Origin: Mustelus asterias
Lineage: Eukaryota
Length of the DNA stretch: 64,000 nucleotides
Direction: 5' to 3'
Assembly (NCBI RefSeq): GCF_964213995.1
Contig: NC_135821.1
Location: forward strand, 4,836,001-4,900,000
The position numbers and the translations under genes are program-made. The notes below the pieces were generated by a model, which was not told the DNA's origin, searched no databases, and saw only the letters and a program-made list of their open reading frames with translations. Numbering within the stretch: the stretch's first letter is position 1; each line of letters begins with the position of its first letter. Positions 1 through 17,974 of the stretch are shown here, in pieces.

Positions 1-23
1 TTGACAGGCTCACCCTCAACTGA
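1..23 (+). CDS. Ferritin H/M-like copy 0, 3' end of exon 4 (truncated by window edge)
   Basis: ttGACAGGCTCACCCTCAACTGA (..DRLTLN*) is identical to the exon-4 end of the other copies; AATAAA at 87-92; downstream spacer is homologous to the one after copy 1. Confidence 0.85.
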
Positions 24-1638
24 GTCATGAGAATGAAGTTTGATCCAGCTCTAACAGTCCTGTTCTGAGCTGTTGCTGTATTTGGAAATAAAAATATTTA
101 TTGTTGGACTGATTTTTCTTGTCCTTTACTGTAATTCAGTAGCTGGGTTCAAATATTTCTCTCTTGATTCACTCACCTCTTGTCTTGCAAAGGAAAATGC
201 AACGATCAGGGCGTGTGTAGTATTCATCTTCACTGCTGTTACCCAGAATACAAGACTTTAACCAGGTTTGCTTTGTTCACTCAGTTTGTCAATCTGGCTG
301 GATAGAAAGGCAAAAGTCAGGATTCAACAGCAAGATGTGCAGGTTGGAGGGGATTGGACATGGTAAATGTGTGGGGTTATGGGGCAATGCCTTGAGTGGC
401 ATTGGTGCATGCAAACAGTGGGCTGAATGGTCTCCTTCTACATTGAAGGATTCAATGGAGTCTGGGTTATACAGGGTGGCTCTGTCTGTGCTGACCTGTG
501 AAAGAATCAATGAATCCTGCATTGTTCCTCCAGAAACATTGCTGAAGCATTCTAGAATGTTCCACTTCAGTGTGTAGAGCAACTTTGGAGCAGGATGAAG
601 TCACTTCCAGCTGTGGCAGACTGCTGGCTTCCTTGGAAGCAGTCACTCCATCTCTCCTCAAAGCAGAAGGAAAATCCAGTTCTAGAGTCCTGCATTGATC
701 CTTTAAGAAACAATGTCTTTAAAAACACCACTTCTTCCAGTTCTGGAAGATAAATCATTTTGATTAATCTTCCTGACAGCCATTTGTACCCAGTCCGGCT
801 GATGTGATACCCGACCCACAGCGGTGTGGCTGACTCTTAACCACCCCCAGAAATGGCCCAGTGAGCCATGACCAACAAATACTGGCCTTGCAAGAAACAA
901 CCGCATCCCACCAAGCAGTACATTTTTAGAAAGAGTGGACACAAAGTTTTCTGATAAAGGGGGAAAAGCGCTGGTGTTTCCAGTTCTGAAATGTGGGGAT
1001 AAAACTCCACATCACACTTCACACTGACTGAGCAATAGCGTTCTGTCTGATACTCATCTCAAATCCATTTTACATTTCCCCCAACTTGTCAGTTGGTTTG
1101 TAGATTCCCTGGCTTTGTCTGGTGCTGGTCAGCTTCTTCCAATCTACCTCCAAGGGGAGGTGATGGCCGAGTGGTATTATCCCTAGATCATTAATCCAGA
1201 AACTCAGCTAATGTTCTGGGGACCTGGGTTTGAATCCCGCCACGCCCATGTCCCACGAATGAATGAAAAAAACATAATATTGTGGTCAATGCTGGGACTG
1301 TAAAGAAATTACTAAAAAGTAGTGGACTTAAAAAGTCTTTGGAACTCTCTTCCTAAAAAGGTGGTGGAAGCAGAATCGTTGAATATTCTTAAGGTAGTGC
1401 TGGGTAGATTCTTTGTAAGCGAGGGTGTGATAGGTTATCAGGGGTTGGCGGGAAGCAAAGTGAGGATGGGTACAAGACAAGTTGGTGTTCTTTGGATCAG
1501 CTGATCAAATGAGTGAAAGAAGAACTATTTTCTCATCTCAAACCCATTTTACATTCCCCCAACTTGTCAGTTGGTTTGTAGATTCCCTGTGGCTTTGTCT
1601 GCTGCTGGTCAGCCTCTTCCAATCTACCTCCAAGTCGA

Positions 1639-1985
1639 GGCAATGGCCTAGTGGTATTATCACCAGACTATTAATCCAGAAACTTAGCTAATGTTTTGGG
1701 GACCTGGGTTCGAATCCCACCACGGCAGATGGTGCAATTTGAATCCAATAAAAAATCTGGAATTAAGAATCTACTGATGACGATGAAACCATTGTCGGAA
1801 AAACCCATCTGGTTCACTAATGTCCTTTAGGGAAGGAAATCTGCCGTCCTTACCCGGTCTGGCCTACATGTGACTCCAGAGCCACAGCAATGTGGTTGAC
1901 TCTCAACTGCCCTCGGGCAACTAGGGATGGACAATAAATGCTGGCCAACCAGCGACACCCATGTCCCATCAATGAATGAAAAATA
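1639..1985 (+). mobile_element. tRNA-derived SINE (DeuSINE/SacSINE1-like)
   Basis: A box TGGCCTAGTGG, B box GGTTCGAATCCC, conserved core GGAAGGAAATCTGCCGTCCTTACCCGGTCTGGCC, A-rich tail; an internally deleted twin lies at ~1157-1270. Confidence 0.7.
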
Positions 1986-2470
1986 ACATAATATTGTGGT
2001 CGACACTGTGACTAAAGAAATTACTAAAAAGTAGTGGACTGAAAAGTCTTTGGAACTCTCTTCCTAAAAAGGTGCTGGGAGCAGAGTCTTTGAATATTCT
2101 TAAGGCAGTGCTGGGTAGATTCTTGGTAGATTCTTTGTAAGTGAGGGTATGATAGGTTATCAGGGGTCAATAGGATGCAGATTTGAGGTTACTAAGAGGT
2201 CAACCATGATCTTATTAAATGATGGAGCAGGCTCGAGGGGCTGAATGGCCTACTCCTGCTCCTTGTCCATCTCTTTATATGGCAGCTACAAAAGCAAACT
2301 TAAAAAGGCTGATAGAATTTTATTCTTCATCTCAAGGGAGTTGGAAGAGAGAGGGGCAGAGGTTCTGAAACAGCTGTATAAAAAGCAGCTTAGACCACAT
2401 CGGCAACATTGTGATCAGTTTGCGTAAATTCACTTTGGAGAGAATGCAGAACAGATTCACCAGAACGATA

Positions 2471-3120
2471 TCAATCTTTTTGACAAACCAAATAAACTAA
2501 CTCAAACTAACTCAGGGATAAATTAAAAGGGGCAGCTCCCAAAAAGGAGGGGAACTGCCAGAAACAAAAGACAGAGTGGAAAGGAAACTTAAATCATCAA
2601 ATCAAAATGTGGTTAAAGGGGTCAATAATGCACCCCAGCACTTGCGGTGCCCAGCGGGCACGGAAGGTGTTGACACTGCCCTCGGACACCGCATGCTCAC
2701 TCCCCAGTCACACCCGGCCACGAATATAGCCGGGGTAAATGGGCAGACAGTCGGGTCAGACGACCCCCTCGGTCACTCGCTGCCTGGACCCTGTAGGTGG
2801 CAAGCTTTGCCAGGCCCACAGGTTCACGAGGAGGTCCTCCTCCTTCCCCACCCCTCTCCACACCGGGTGTCCGTAGATCAGGAGCGTGGGGCTGAAGAGC
2901 AAACAAAACATCAACAGAAAGTTTGTGAGGAAAATAGAAAGGGTGTGCAGCCTATCACATTGAACGTAGACATGGTCCACGGACTCGACAAGGTTGCGAA
3001 AAGGGAAGGTCGCTTGGGAATCTGGGAACCAATTTAACCTTCTGTTGTGCTGGACTGCTGTATGCATCACCCTCCACCCCAGGTCCCCAAGATAGTGGGA
3101 GAGGACGCCTCCGCAGAGGG
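2471..3120 (-). mobile_element. Tx1-clade LINE 3' fragment with 12-bp TSD
   Basis: Minus strand encodes a zf-RVT-like C-terminus (..PFxNLVESVDHVYVQCDRL..LLVNLLLGLAK..); flanked by ACCAGAACGATA at 2459-2470 and 3121-3132. Confidence 0.8.
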
Positions 3121-3163
3121 ACCAGAACGATACCGGCGCTAGAAGGATTCAATGATGTGAACA

Positions 3164-3455
3164 GTTTTTTTTTGTCCGTGGGGTGTGGGGGGAAAGGGGT
3201 TGGGTTGTAGGGAGGGATGGGTAAGGGGCCTCTCTGCCCAGGTGTCAGGATGGGGTCAGAGAGGGAATGAGGGAGGGTGGGGGTTCAGGTGCTCTCTCCC
3301 GGGAGTTCAAGAGGGAGAGAGGAGGATGGAGGAGCAGGAGGGAGGACGAGGGACAGGGCACTGAGGGCCGGTGCCCCAGTCAGGAGGAAGGGGGGGGGAT
3401 GCCGGTGTTGGGGGCAGCAGCAGCGGGTAGGGGGACTTCACTCCTTCAGCCCTCC
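3164..3455 (-). mobile_element. Poly(A)-tailed, G-rich (+ strand) insertion unique to unit 1
   Basis: Starts with a T10 run on +; absent from the equivalent positions of units 2 and 4. Confidence 0.5.
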
Positions 3456-3499
3456 ATGTCCCAATCACTGAATAATCATCCTCACCCTCCTGTCTTCCA

Positions 3500-6622
<3,123 letters not shown>

Positions 6623-8269
6623 GTCTTGGGAATGAAGTTTGATCCAATTCTGACCACTTGTGCTTGACTTCCTGTTCTGAGCTGTTGTATATTTGGAAAT
6701 AAAAATATTTATTGTTGGACTGTTTTTCTTTTTCTCTTGTTCTTTCATGTAATTCAGTAGCTGGGCTCAAAGATTTCTCTCCTGATTCAGTCACCTCTTG
6801 TTCAGCATGTAAAGGAAAATGCAACGATCAGGGAGTGTGTAGTATTCATCTTCACTGCTGTTACCCAGAATACAAGACTTTACCCAGGTTTCCTTTGTTA
6901 ACTCAGTTTGTCAATCTGGCTGGATAGAAAGGCAAAAGTCAGGATTCAACAGCACGATGTGCAGGTTGGAGGGGATTGGACATGGTAAATGTGTGGGGTT
7001 ATGGGGCAATGCCTTGAGCGACATTGTTAGCACCAATGCTGCCACAGTGGGCTGAATGGTCTCCTTCCACAGTGAAGGATTCGATGGATGCTGGAGTCTG
7101 GGTTATCCACAGTGGGTCTCTCTGTGCTGACAATCAATGAATCCTGCATTGCTTCAGAGATGGCCTGGAGGAACATTCAAGAATGTTCCACTTCAGTGTG
7201 TAGAGCAACTCTGGAGCAGGATGTAGTCACTTCCAGCTGTGGCCTGTGGAAGACCACTGGCTTCCTCTAAAGCAGTCACTCCATCTCTTCTCATAGCAGA
7301 AGGAAAATCCAGTTCTAGAGTCCTGCATTGTTTCTTAAAGGATCAATGTATTTAAAAACACCACTTCTTCCAACCTGTTCTTAGTTCTGGGAGATAAATC
7401 ATTTTGATTAATCTTCCTGACAGCCATTTGTATCCAGTCTGGCTGACGTGACTCCAGCCCCACAGCCGTGTGGCTGACTCTTAACCACCCTCGGAAATGG
7501 CCCAGCGAGCCATGGCCAACAAATACTGGCCTTGTGAGAAACAACCACATCCCACCAAGCAGTACATTTTTAAGAGTGGACACAAAGTTTTCCAATAAAG
7601 GGGAAAAGCGCTGATGTTTCCAGCTTTGAAATGTGAGGATAAAACTCCACATCACACTTCACACTGACTGAGCAATAGCGTTCTGTCTGATGCTCATCAC
7701 AAATCCATTTTACATTCCCCCAACTTGTCAGTTGGTTTGTAGATTCCCTGTGGCTTTGTCTGGTGCTGGTCAGCCTCTTCCAATCTATCTCCAAGTGGAG
7801 GCAATGGCCTCATGGGATTATTGCTAGATTATTAATTCAGAAACTCAGCTAATGTTCTGGGGACCTGGATTTGAATCCTGCCATGCCCATGTCCAATGAA
7901 TGAAAAAAACATAATATTGTGGTCAATGCTGGGGTTGTAAAGAAATTACTAAAAAGTAGTGGACTAAAAAGTCTTTGGAACTCTCTTCCTAAAAAGGTGC
8001 TGGAAGCAGAATCGTTGAATATTCTTAAGGTAGATTCTTTGTAAGCGAGGGTGTGATAGGTTATCAGGGGTCGGCGGGAAGCAAAGTGAGCATGGGTACA
8101 AGACAAGTTGGTGTGCCTTGGATCTTTAGATCAGCTGATCAAATGAATGAAAGAGGAACTATTTTCTCATCACAAATCCCTTTTACATTCCCCCAACTTG
8201 TCAGTTGGTTTGTAGATTCCTGTGGCTTTGTCTGCTGCTGGTCAGCCTCTTCCAATCTATCTCCAAGTG

Positions 8270-8618
8270 GAGGCAATGGCCTAGTGGCATTATCGCGAGA
8301 TTATTAATCCAGAAATTTAGCTAATGTTTTGGGGACCTGGGTTCGAATCCCACCACGGCAGATGGTGGAATTTGAATCCAATAAAAAATCTGGAATTAAG
8401 AATCTACTGATGACCATGAAACCATTGTCGGAAAAACCCATCTGGTTCACTAATGTCCTTTCGGGAAGGAAATCTGCTGTCCTTACCCGGTCTGGCCTAC
8501 ATGTGATTCCAGAACCACAGCAATGTGGTTGACTCTCAACTGCCCTCGGGCAACTAGGGATGGACAATAAATGCTGGCCAACCAGCGACACCCATGTCCC
8601 ATCAATGAATGAAAAATA
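8270..8618 (+). mobile_element. DeuSINE-like SINE (duplicated with the unit)
   Basis: Near-identical to 1639-1985. Confidence 0.7.
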
Positions 8619-9103
8619 ACATAATATTGTGGTCGACACTGTGACTAAAGAAATTACTAAAAAGTAGTGGACTGAAAAGTCTTTGGAACTCTCTTCCTAA
8701 AAAGGTGCTGGGAGCAGAGTCGTTGAATATTCTTAAGGCAGTGCTGGGTAGATTCTTGGTAGATTCTTTGTAAGCGAGGGTGTGATAGGTTATTAGGGGT
8801 CAATGTCATGCAGCTTTGAGGTTACTAAGAGGTCAACCATGATCTTATTAAATGATGGAGCAGGCTCGAGGGGCTGAATGGCCTACTCCTGCTCCTTGTC
8901 CATCTCTTTATATGGCAGCTACAAAAGCAAACTTAAAAAGGCGAATAGAATTTTATTCTTCATCTCAAGGGAGTTGGAAGAGAGAGGGGCAGAGGTTCTG
9001 AAACAGCTGTATAAAAAGCAGCTTAGCCCACATCGGCAACATTGTGATCAGTTTGCGTAAATTCACTTTGGAGAGAATGCAGAACAGATTCACCAGAACG
9101 ATA

Positions 9104-9757
9104 TCAATCTTTTTGACAAACCAAATAAACTAACTCAAACTAACTCAGGGATAAATTAAAAGGGGCAGCTCCCAAAAAGGAGGGGAACCGTCCAAAACAA
9201 AAAACAAAGCGGAAAGGAAATTTAAATCATCAAATCAAAATGTAATTAAAGGATTCGATAATGCACCCCAGCCCCTGCGGTGCCCAGCGGGCACGGAAGG
9301 TGTTGACAGTGCCCCCGGGCACCGCATGGTCCCTCTCCAGTCACACCCGGCCACGAATATAGCCGTGGTAGAGGGGCAGAGAGTCAGGTCGGACGATCTC
9401 CTCGGTCACCCGCTGCCTGGAACCTGTCGGTGCCATGCCTTGCCAGGCCCAGGAGCAGGTTCACAAGGTGGTCTTCCTCCTTCCCCATCCCCCTCCACAC
9501 CGGGTGTCCGTGGATCAGGAGCGTGGGGCTGAAGAGCAAACAAAACATCAACAGAAGGTTTGTGAGGAAAACAGAAAGGGTGTGCAGCCTATCACATTGA
9601 ACGTAGACATGGTCCACGGACTCGACAAGGTTGCAAAAAGGAACGGTCGCTTGGGAGTCCCTGAACCCATTTAACCTTCTGTTGTATGGGACTACTGTAT
9701 GTACCACCCTCCACCCCAGGTCCCCAAGATAGTGGGGGAGGATCCCTCCGCAGAGGG
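9104..9757 (-). mobile_element. Tx1-clade LINE 3' fragment (paralogous to 2471-3120)
   Basis: QATVPFCNLVESVDHVYVQC zinc-finger remnant; TSD at 9092-9103 and 9758-9769. Confidence 0.8.
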
Positions 9758-9854
9758 ATCAGAACGATATCGGCGCTAAAAGGATTAAATGATATGGACA
9801 ATTTGAATGTCCCAATTACTGAATCATCATCCTCACCCTCCTGTCTTCCACAGC

Positions 9855-10055
9855 TCCGATTGGCTCTGGGTATCACACCCCACCCCCTCTTATTGATTCA
9901 TTGGTGCCTGGATTCCTGATTGGCTGTCAGGGATTGCCATTCATCATTGGTGATGTCATTCCCAGTTTGAATGCAGGATGTCCCAGTGGTATAAATACAA
10001 GAGCTTGTGAGGGCAGAGGTCAGCTTGTTGTTGTGTGACTCTTATCCTCAGTGAG
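9855..10055 (+). promoter_or_regulatory. Ferritin copy 2 promoter
   Basis: ATTGG at 9859, 9900, 9919, 9946; TGATGTCA 9951-9958; TATAAATA 9990-9997. Confidence 0.75.
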
Positions 10056-12671
<2,616 letters not shown>

Positions 12672-13059
12672 GTCTTGGGAATGAAGTTTGATCCCATTCT
12701 GACTTTTTTGTGCTCCCTTTCCTGAGCTGTTGCTGTCTTTGGAAATAAAAAAAGGACCGAATTTTTTTTTTCCCTTGTCCTTTAGTGGAGTTCAGTCGCT
12801 GGGCTTCACGATTTCTCTTGATTCACTCACCTCTTGTGGGTTTTCAGCATGTGAAGGATTTCTGTAACTGTAATCTGCTCACTTCCCCAGCAAAGGAGAG
12901 TCCTGCTGAAGTTGTGGAATAATGGGGAAGATGTCGTTTAGAGAAGGAAATACAACAATCAAAGGGAGTGTGCAGTTGGTCACAAGTGTTCATTTTCACT
13001 GTTGTTACCCAGAATACAAGACTTGTCAAATTTCCTTTGACAAACTTAATGAACAATCT

Positions 13060-13280
13060 GGGTGAACAATACAGGAACAGGCCCTTCGGCCCTCCATGTC
13101 TGCCCCGCTCATGTGTCCAACTAGACCATTTGTTTGTATCCCTCTATTCCTAGTCTGTTCATGTGGTTATTTAGATAGGTCTTAAACAATCCCAGCGTAT
13201 CCACCTCAATCACCTTGCTTGGCAGTGCATTCCAGGCCTCCACCACCCTCTGTGTAAAATATGTCCCCCTGACATTTGTG
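13060..13280 (-). mobile_element. CR1 LINE 3' fragment
   Basis: Reverse complement of the CR1 3' end (TTTACACAGAGGGTGGTG..GGGCCGAAGGGCCTGTT). Confidence 0.6.
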
Positions 13281-15296
13281 TGTGAAAGGCAATAACTTAG
13301 GTTAAAAGACAGGGTTCAACAGCAAGATGTGCAGGTTAGGGGGAGTGGCCATGGTAAGTGTGGGGTTATATAGAGAGAGGGCCTTGATAGATATTCTCAG
13401 CACTTGTGCAAACACAACAGGTAAATGGCTTCTCTGCATTGTAGGATTGAATGGCTGATGGAGTCTGGGTTACACAGCATAGGTTTCACAAGGCTGAACT
13501 GTGAAAGAATCAATGAATCCTGCATTACTTTACAGATGGTCTGGCACTTCAGTGTGTAGAGCAGGCTGTATTCACTTCCAGCTGTGGACTGCAAAAAAGA
13601 CCCAAGTTCTTCTGAAGCTTGGAGATCCAAGTTGTCCTCCGAAGCAGTGGCTTCATCTCTCCTCAAAGCTAAGGAAAATACACTGAGCTCATGACCACCC
13701 ATCAAGCTCAGGAGGAATCCCGTTTCCTTTCACAACTGCTTTGTTACCTGTGTAAAAAGATGTTTTTCCTGGAATAGCAGTCAGTCCTGCATTGAACAAT
13801 GTCTTTAAAAACACCAATTCTTCCAGACTCTCTTTCCTTCTCTATGAACAGTATGCTTTGTCTGTGTAGCGTGCAATAAACAATACTTTTCACTCTATCC
13901 CAATACGTGTGAAAATAAATCGAATCAAATTAGTCCTTGAAGATGAATCATTTTCTGTGATTAAAGTCTTCCCGACAGCCAATTGTACCCAGTCTGGCTG
14001 ACACGTGACTCCAGACCCACAGCCGTGTGGCTGACTCTTACCCACCCTCTGAAATGGCCCAGCGATCCATGGCCAACAAAATACTGGCCTTGTGAGGAAC
14101 AACCACATCCCACCAAAGAATAATGTAAATAAAAGAGTGGACTCAAAGTTTTCTGATAAAGGGGAAAAACGCTGGTGTTTCCAGCTCTGAAATTTGGGGA
14201 TAAAACTCCACTTCACACTGACTGAGCAATAGCGTTCTGTCTGATACTCATCACAAACCCATTTTCCATTCCCCAACTTGTCAGTTGGTTTGTAGATTCC
14301 CTGTGGCTTTGTCTGGTGCTGGTCAGCTTCTTCCAATCTATCTCCAAGCGGAGGCGATGGCCTAGTGGTATTATCACCAGACTATTAATCCAGAAACTCA
14401 GCTAATGTTCTGGGGATCCAGGTTCGAATCCCACCACGGCAGATTGTGGAGCAGGTTCGAGGGGCTGAATGGCCTGTTCCTGCTCCTTGTTCAAATGACA
14501 GCTACAAAGCAAATTTTAAAAACATAATAGAATATTATTCTTCATCTCAAGGGAGCTGGAAGAGAGAGGGGTAGAGGTTCTGAAACAGCTGTATAAAGAC
14601 TACCTTAGACAACATCTGGAACATTGAGTCCAGTTTGGATCAATTCACTGTAGAGAGGATGCAGAACAGATTCACCAGAACGATACCAGCGCTGAAAGGG
14701 TTAAATGACGAGGACCGTTTGCATTGACTGGTCTTGCAATCCCTGCCGTCCAGAAAATGAAGGGAAGGTTCTAATGGAGGTGTTGAAGATGATGATTGGA
14801 TTTGAGAGGGTGGAGAGAGAGAAACCATTTCCCCTGGTGGGACGGGGTCACGAGGTTAAGTTTAGAACCAGCTTGTTCAGGGGGGAAAATAGGAGGCAAT
14901 TATTCGCACAAAGCATGCTGGGAATCTGGAACTCTCTCCCAAAATGTTAGGGATCATTTGAACATTTCCAAGCTTCGATTGTTGTTCTGGAAGGGCTGAA
15001 GGTAAATGGAACCAAGGCGGGTGAATCGAGTTAAAATTCAGTCCAGAATGGGAGAAAACACTCGAGGGGTTGAATGTCCCAAACACAGAATAATCATCCT
15101 TATCCGCCTGTCTTCAACAGCTCTGATTGGCTCTGGGTATCACACCCCACCCCCCCCCTCATTGATTCATTGGTGCCTGGATTCACAACAGAGTCCTGAT
15201 TGGTTGTCAGGGATTGTCAATCATCATTGGTGCTGTCATTCCCAGTTTGAATGCAGGATGTCCCAGTGGTATAAATACAAGAGCTTGTGAGGGTAA

Positions 15297-15473
<177 letters not shown>

Positions 15474-15671
15474 TAACACGGTGACTGTGTTGCATTGTGA
15501 GCAGGTAGAATGTCTCTTGGTTGATGAGTTGGTTTTAGATATCTCCCTCCCCCAGACTGAATAGAGTCAACACTCCCAGCAGGAACTGTTTTAGAATTGC
15601 TGTGTCCAGTTTGGAGTTGTTTTAAATCTAAAAGTAACTCTGGGTTACAAGATCAGTCAATGCAAACTGGG

Positions 15672-15965
15672 TGACATAGTGGCACAATGATTAGCACTGC
15701 TGCCTCACAGTGCCAGGGACCTATGTTCAATTCTTGGCTTGGGTCACTTTGTGTGAAGTTTGCACGTTGTCCGTGTTTGTGGGTTTCCTCCTGCAATCTG
15801 AAGATGTGTGGGCTAGGAGGAGTGGCCATGCTAAATTGCCCTTTCAATTCAGTGGGTCTACCTAGGGTAAATGCATCAAGTTTGGGGAATAGGGCCTGGG
15901 TGGGATTGTGGTTGGTGCAGATTTGATGGGCTGAATGGTGTCCTTCTGCATTGTAGGGATTCAAT
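15672..15965 (+). mobile_element. V-SINE (HE1-like), decayed
   Basis: tRNA-like head plus V-domain remnant, in intron 1 of copy 3. Confidence 0.65.
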
Positions 15966-16284
15966 GGTTCCATGAGTTTTGCAGTAGAAGGATTATATTG
16001 GTGATGCACAGACCTATGCAACCTTCCCCAATCAGAGGGAGCAATTAAATGTAATTGGGTGACTGGTTAGTGAAACATTAGCTGTGGTCAGTTTATCCTC
16101 TTTCTTTAAATGAGTAAATCCTGATGTGCTGAACTCTTTCCTTTCTAAAACATTTAAGTGACTGATTTGAAGCATTTTTTTTCTTTGACATCTGACCTTT
16201 GGCATGGGAGAGAGAGAGGAGAAACATAGAAAATAAAAGTAGGGCCATTTTGATCCTGGTTGAAGATCAAACTTGATATCCCGA

Positions 16285-17974
16285 TTCTCTTCGGTGTTCA
16301 CGCAAGGGGACATGAATATAGCTGAGGAGGACACTGGGTTGCAAGGGAGTAGAATAGACAGTATTACAGTTGATAAGGAGGATGTGCAGGATATTCTGGA
16401 GGGTCTGAAAATAGATAAATCCCCTGGTCCGGATGGGATTTATCCAAGGATTCTCTGGGAGGCAAGAGAAGTGATTGCAGAGCCTCTGGCTCTGATCTTC
16501 AGGTCGTCGTTGGCCTCTGGTATAGTACCAGAAGATTGGAGGTTAGCGAATGTTGTCCCATTGTTTAAGAAGGGGAACAGAGACTTCCCCGGGAATTATA
16601 GACCGGTGAGTCTCACTTCTGTTGTCGGCAAGATGTTGGAAAAAATTATAAGGGATAGGATTTATAGTTATTTGGAGAGTAATGAATTGATAGGTGATAG
16701 TCAGCATGGTTTTGTGGCAGGTAGGTCGTGCCTTACTAACCTTATTGAGTTTTTTGAGAAAGTGACCAAGGAGGTGGATGGGGGCAAGGCAGTGGACGTG
16801 GTATATATGGATTTTAGTAAGGCGTTTGATAAGGTTCACCATGGTAGGCTTCTGCAGAAAATGCAGATGTATGGGATTGGGGGTGATCTAGGAAATTGGA
16901 TCAGGAATTGGCTAGCGGATAGGAAACAGAGGGTGGTGGTTGATAGTAAATATTCATCATGGAGTGCGGTTACAAGTGGTGTACCTCAGGGATCTGTTTT
17001 GGGGCCACTGCTGTTTGTAATATTTATTAATGATCTGGATGAGGGTATAGTTGGGTGGATTAGCAAATTTGCTGATGACACCAAAGTCGGTGGTGTGGTA
17101 GACAGTGAGGAAGGGTGTCGTAGTTTGCAGGAAGACTTAGACAGGTTGCAAAGTTGGGCCGAGAGGTGGCGGATGGAGTTTAATGCGGAGAAGTGTGAGG
17201 TAATTCACTTTGGTAGGAATAACAGATGTGTTGAGTATAGGGCTAACGGGAGGACTTTGAATAGTGTGGAGGAGCAGAGGGATCTAGGTGTATGTGTGCA
17301 TAGATCCCTGAAAGTTGGGAATCAAGTAGATAAGGTTGTTAAGAAGGCATATGGTGTCTTGGCGTTTATTGGTAGGGGGATTGAATTTAGGAGTCGTAGC
17401 GTTATGTTGCAACTGTACACAACTCTGGTGCGGCCGCACTTGGAGTACTGTGTGCAGTTCTGGTCCCCACATTACAGGAAGGATGTGGAGGCTTTGGAGA
17501 GGGTGCAGAGGAGGTTTACCAGGATGTTGCCTGGTATGGAGGGGAGATCCTATGAGGAGAGGCTGAGGGATTTGGGATTGTTTTCGCTGGAAAGGCGGCG
17601 GCTAAGAGGGGATCTTATTGAAACATATAAGATGATTAGAGGTTTAGATAGGGTGGATAGTGATAGCCTTTTTCCTCTGATGGAGAAATCCAGCACGAGG
17701 GGGCATGGCTTTAAATTGAGGGGGGGTAGTTATAGAACCGATGTCAGGGGTAGGTTCTTTACCCAGAGGGTGGTGAGGGATTGGAATGCCCTGCCAGCAT
17801 CAGTAGTAAATGCGCCTAGTTTGGGGGCGTTTAAGAGATCCGTAGATAGGTTCATGGACGAAAAGAAATTGGTTTAGGTTGGAGGGTCACAGTTTTTTTT
17901 TTAACTGGTCGGTGCAACATCGTGGGCCGAAGGGCCTGTTCTGCGCTGTAATGTTCTATGTTCTATGTTCTATG
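16285..17974 (+). mobile_element. 5'-truncated CR1 LINE with uninterrupted RT ORF (16273-17877)
   Basis: [39 protein letters not shown] and FADD motifs; 3' (ATGTTCT)n tail 17951-17974; sits in intron 1 of pseudogene copy 3. Confidence 0.95.

Noticed and set aside
1639-1730. tRNA-like A/B boxes (TGGCCTAGTGG..GGTTCGAATCCC), and similar heads elsewhere
   Set aside because: They are SINE heads followed by SINE bodies; no cloverleaf tRNA gene is evident
2576-3037. 153-aa plus-strand ORF repeated in units 1, 2 and 4
   Set aside because: Antisense to the Tx1 fragment, and the frame is not preserved between units
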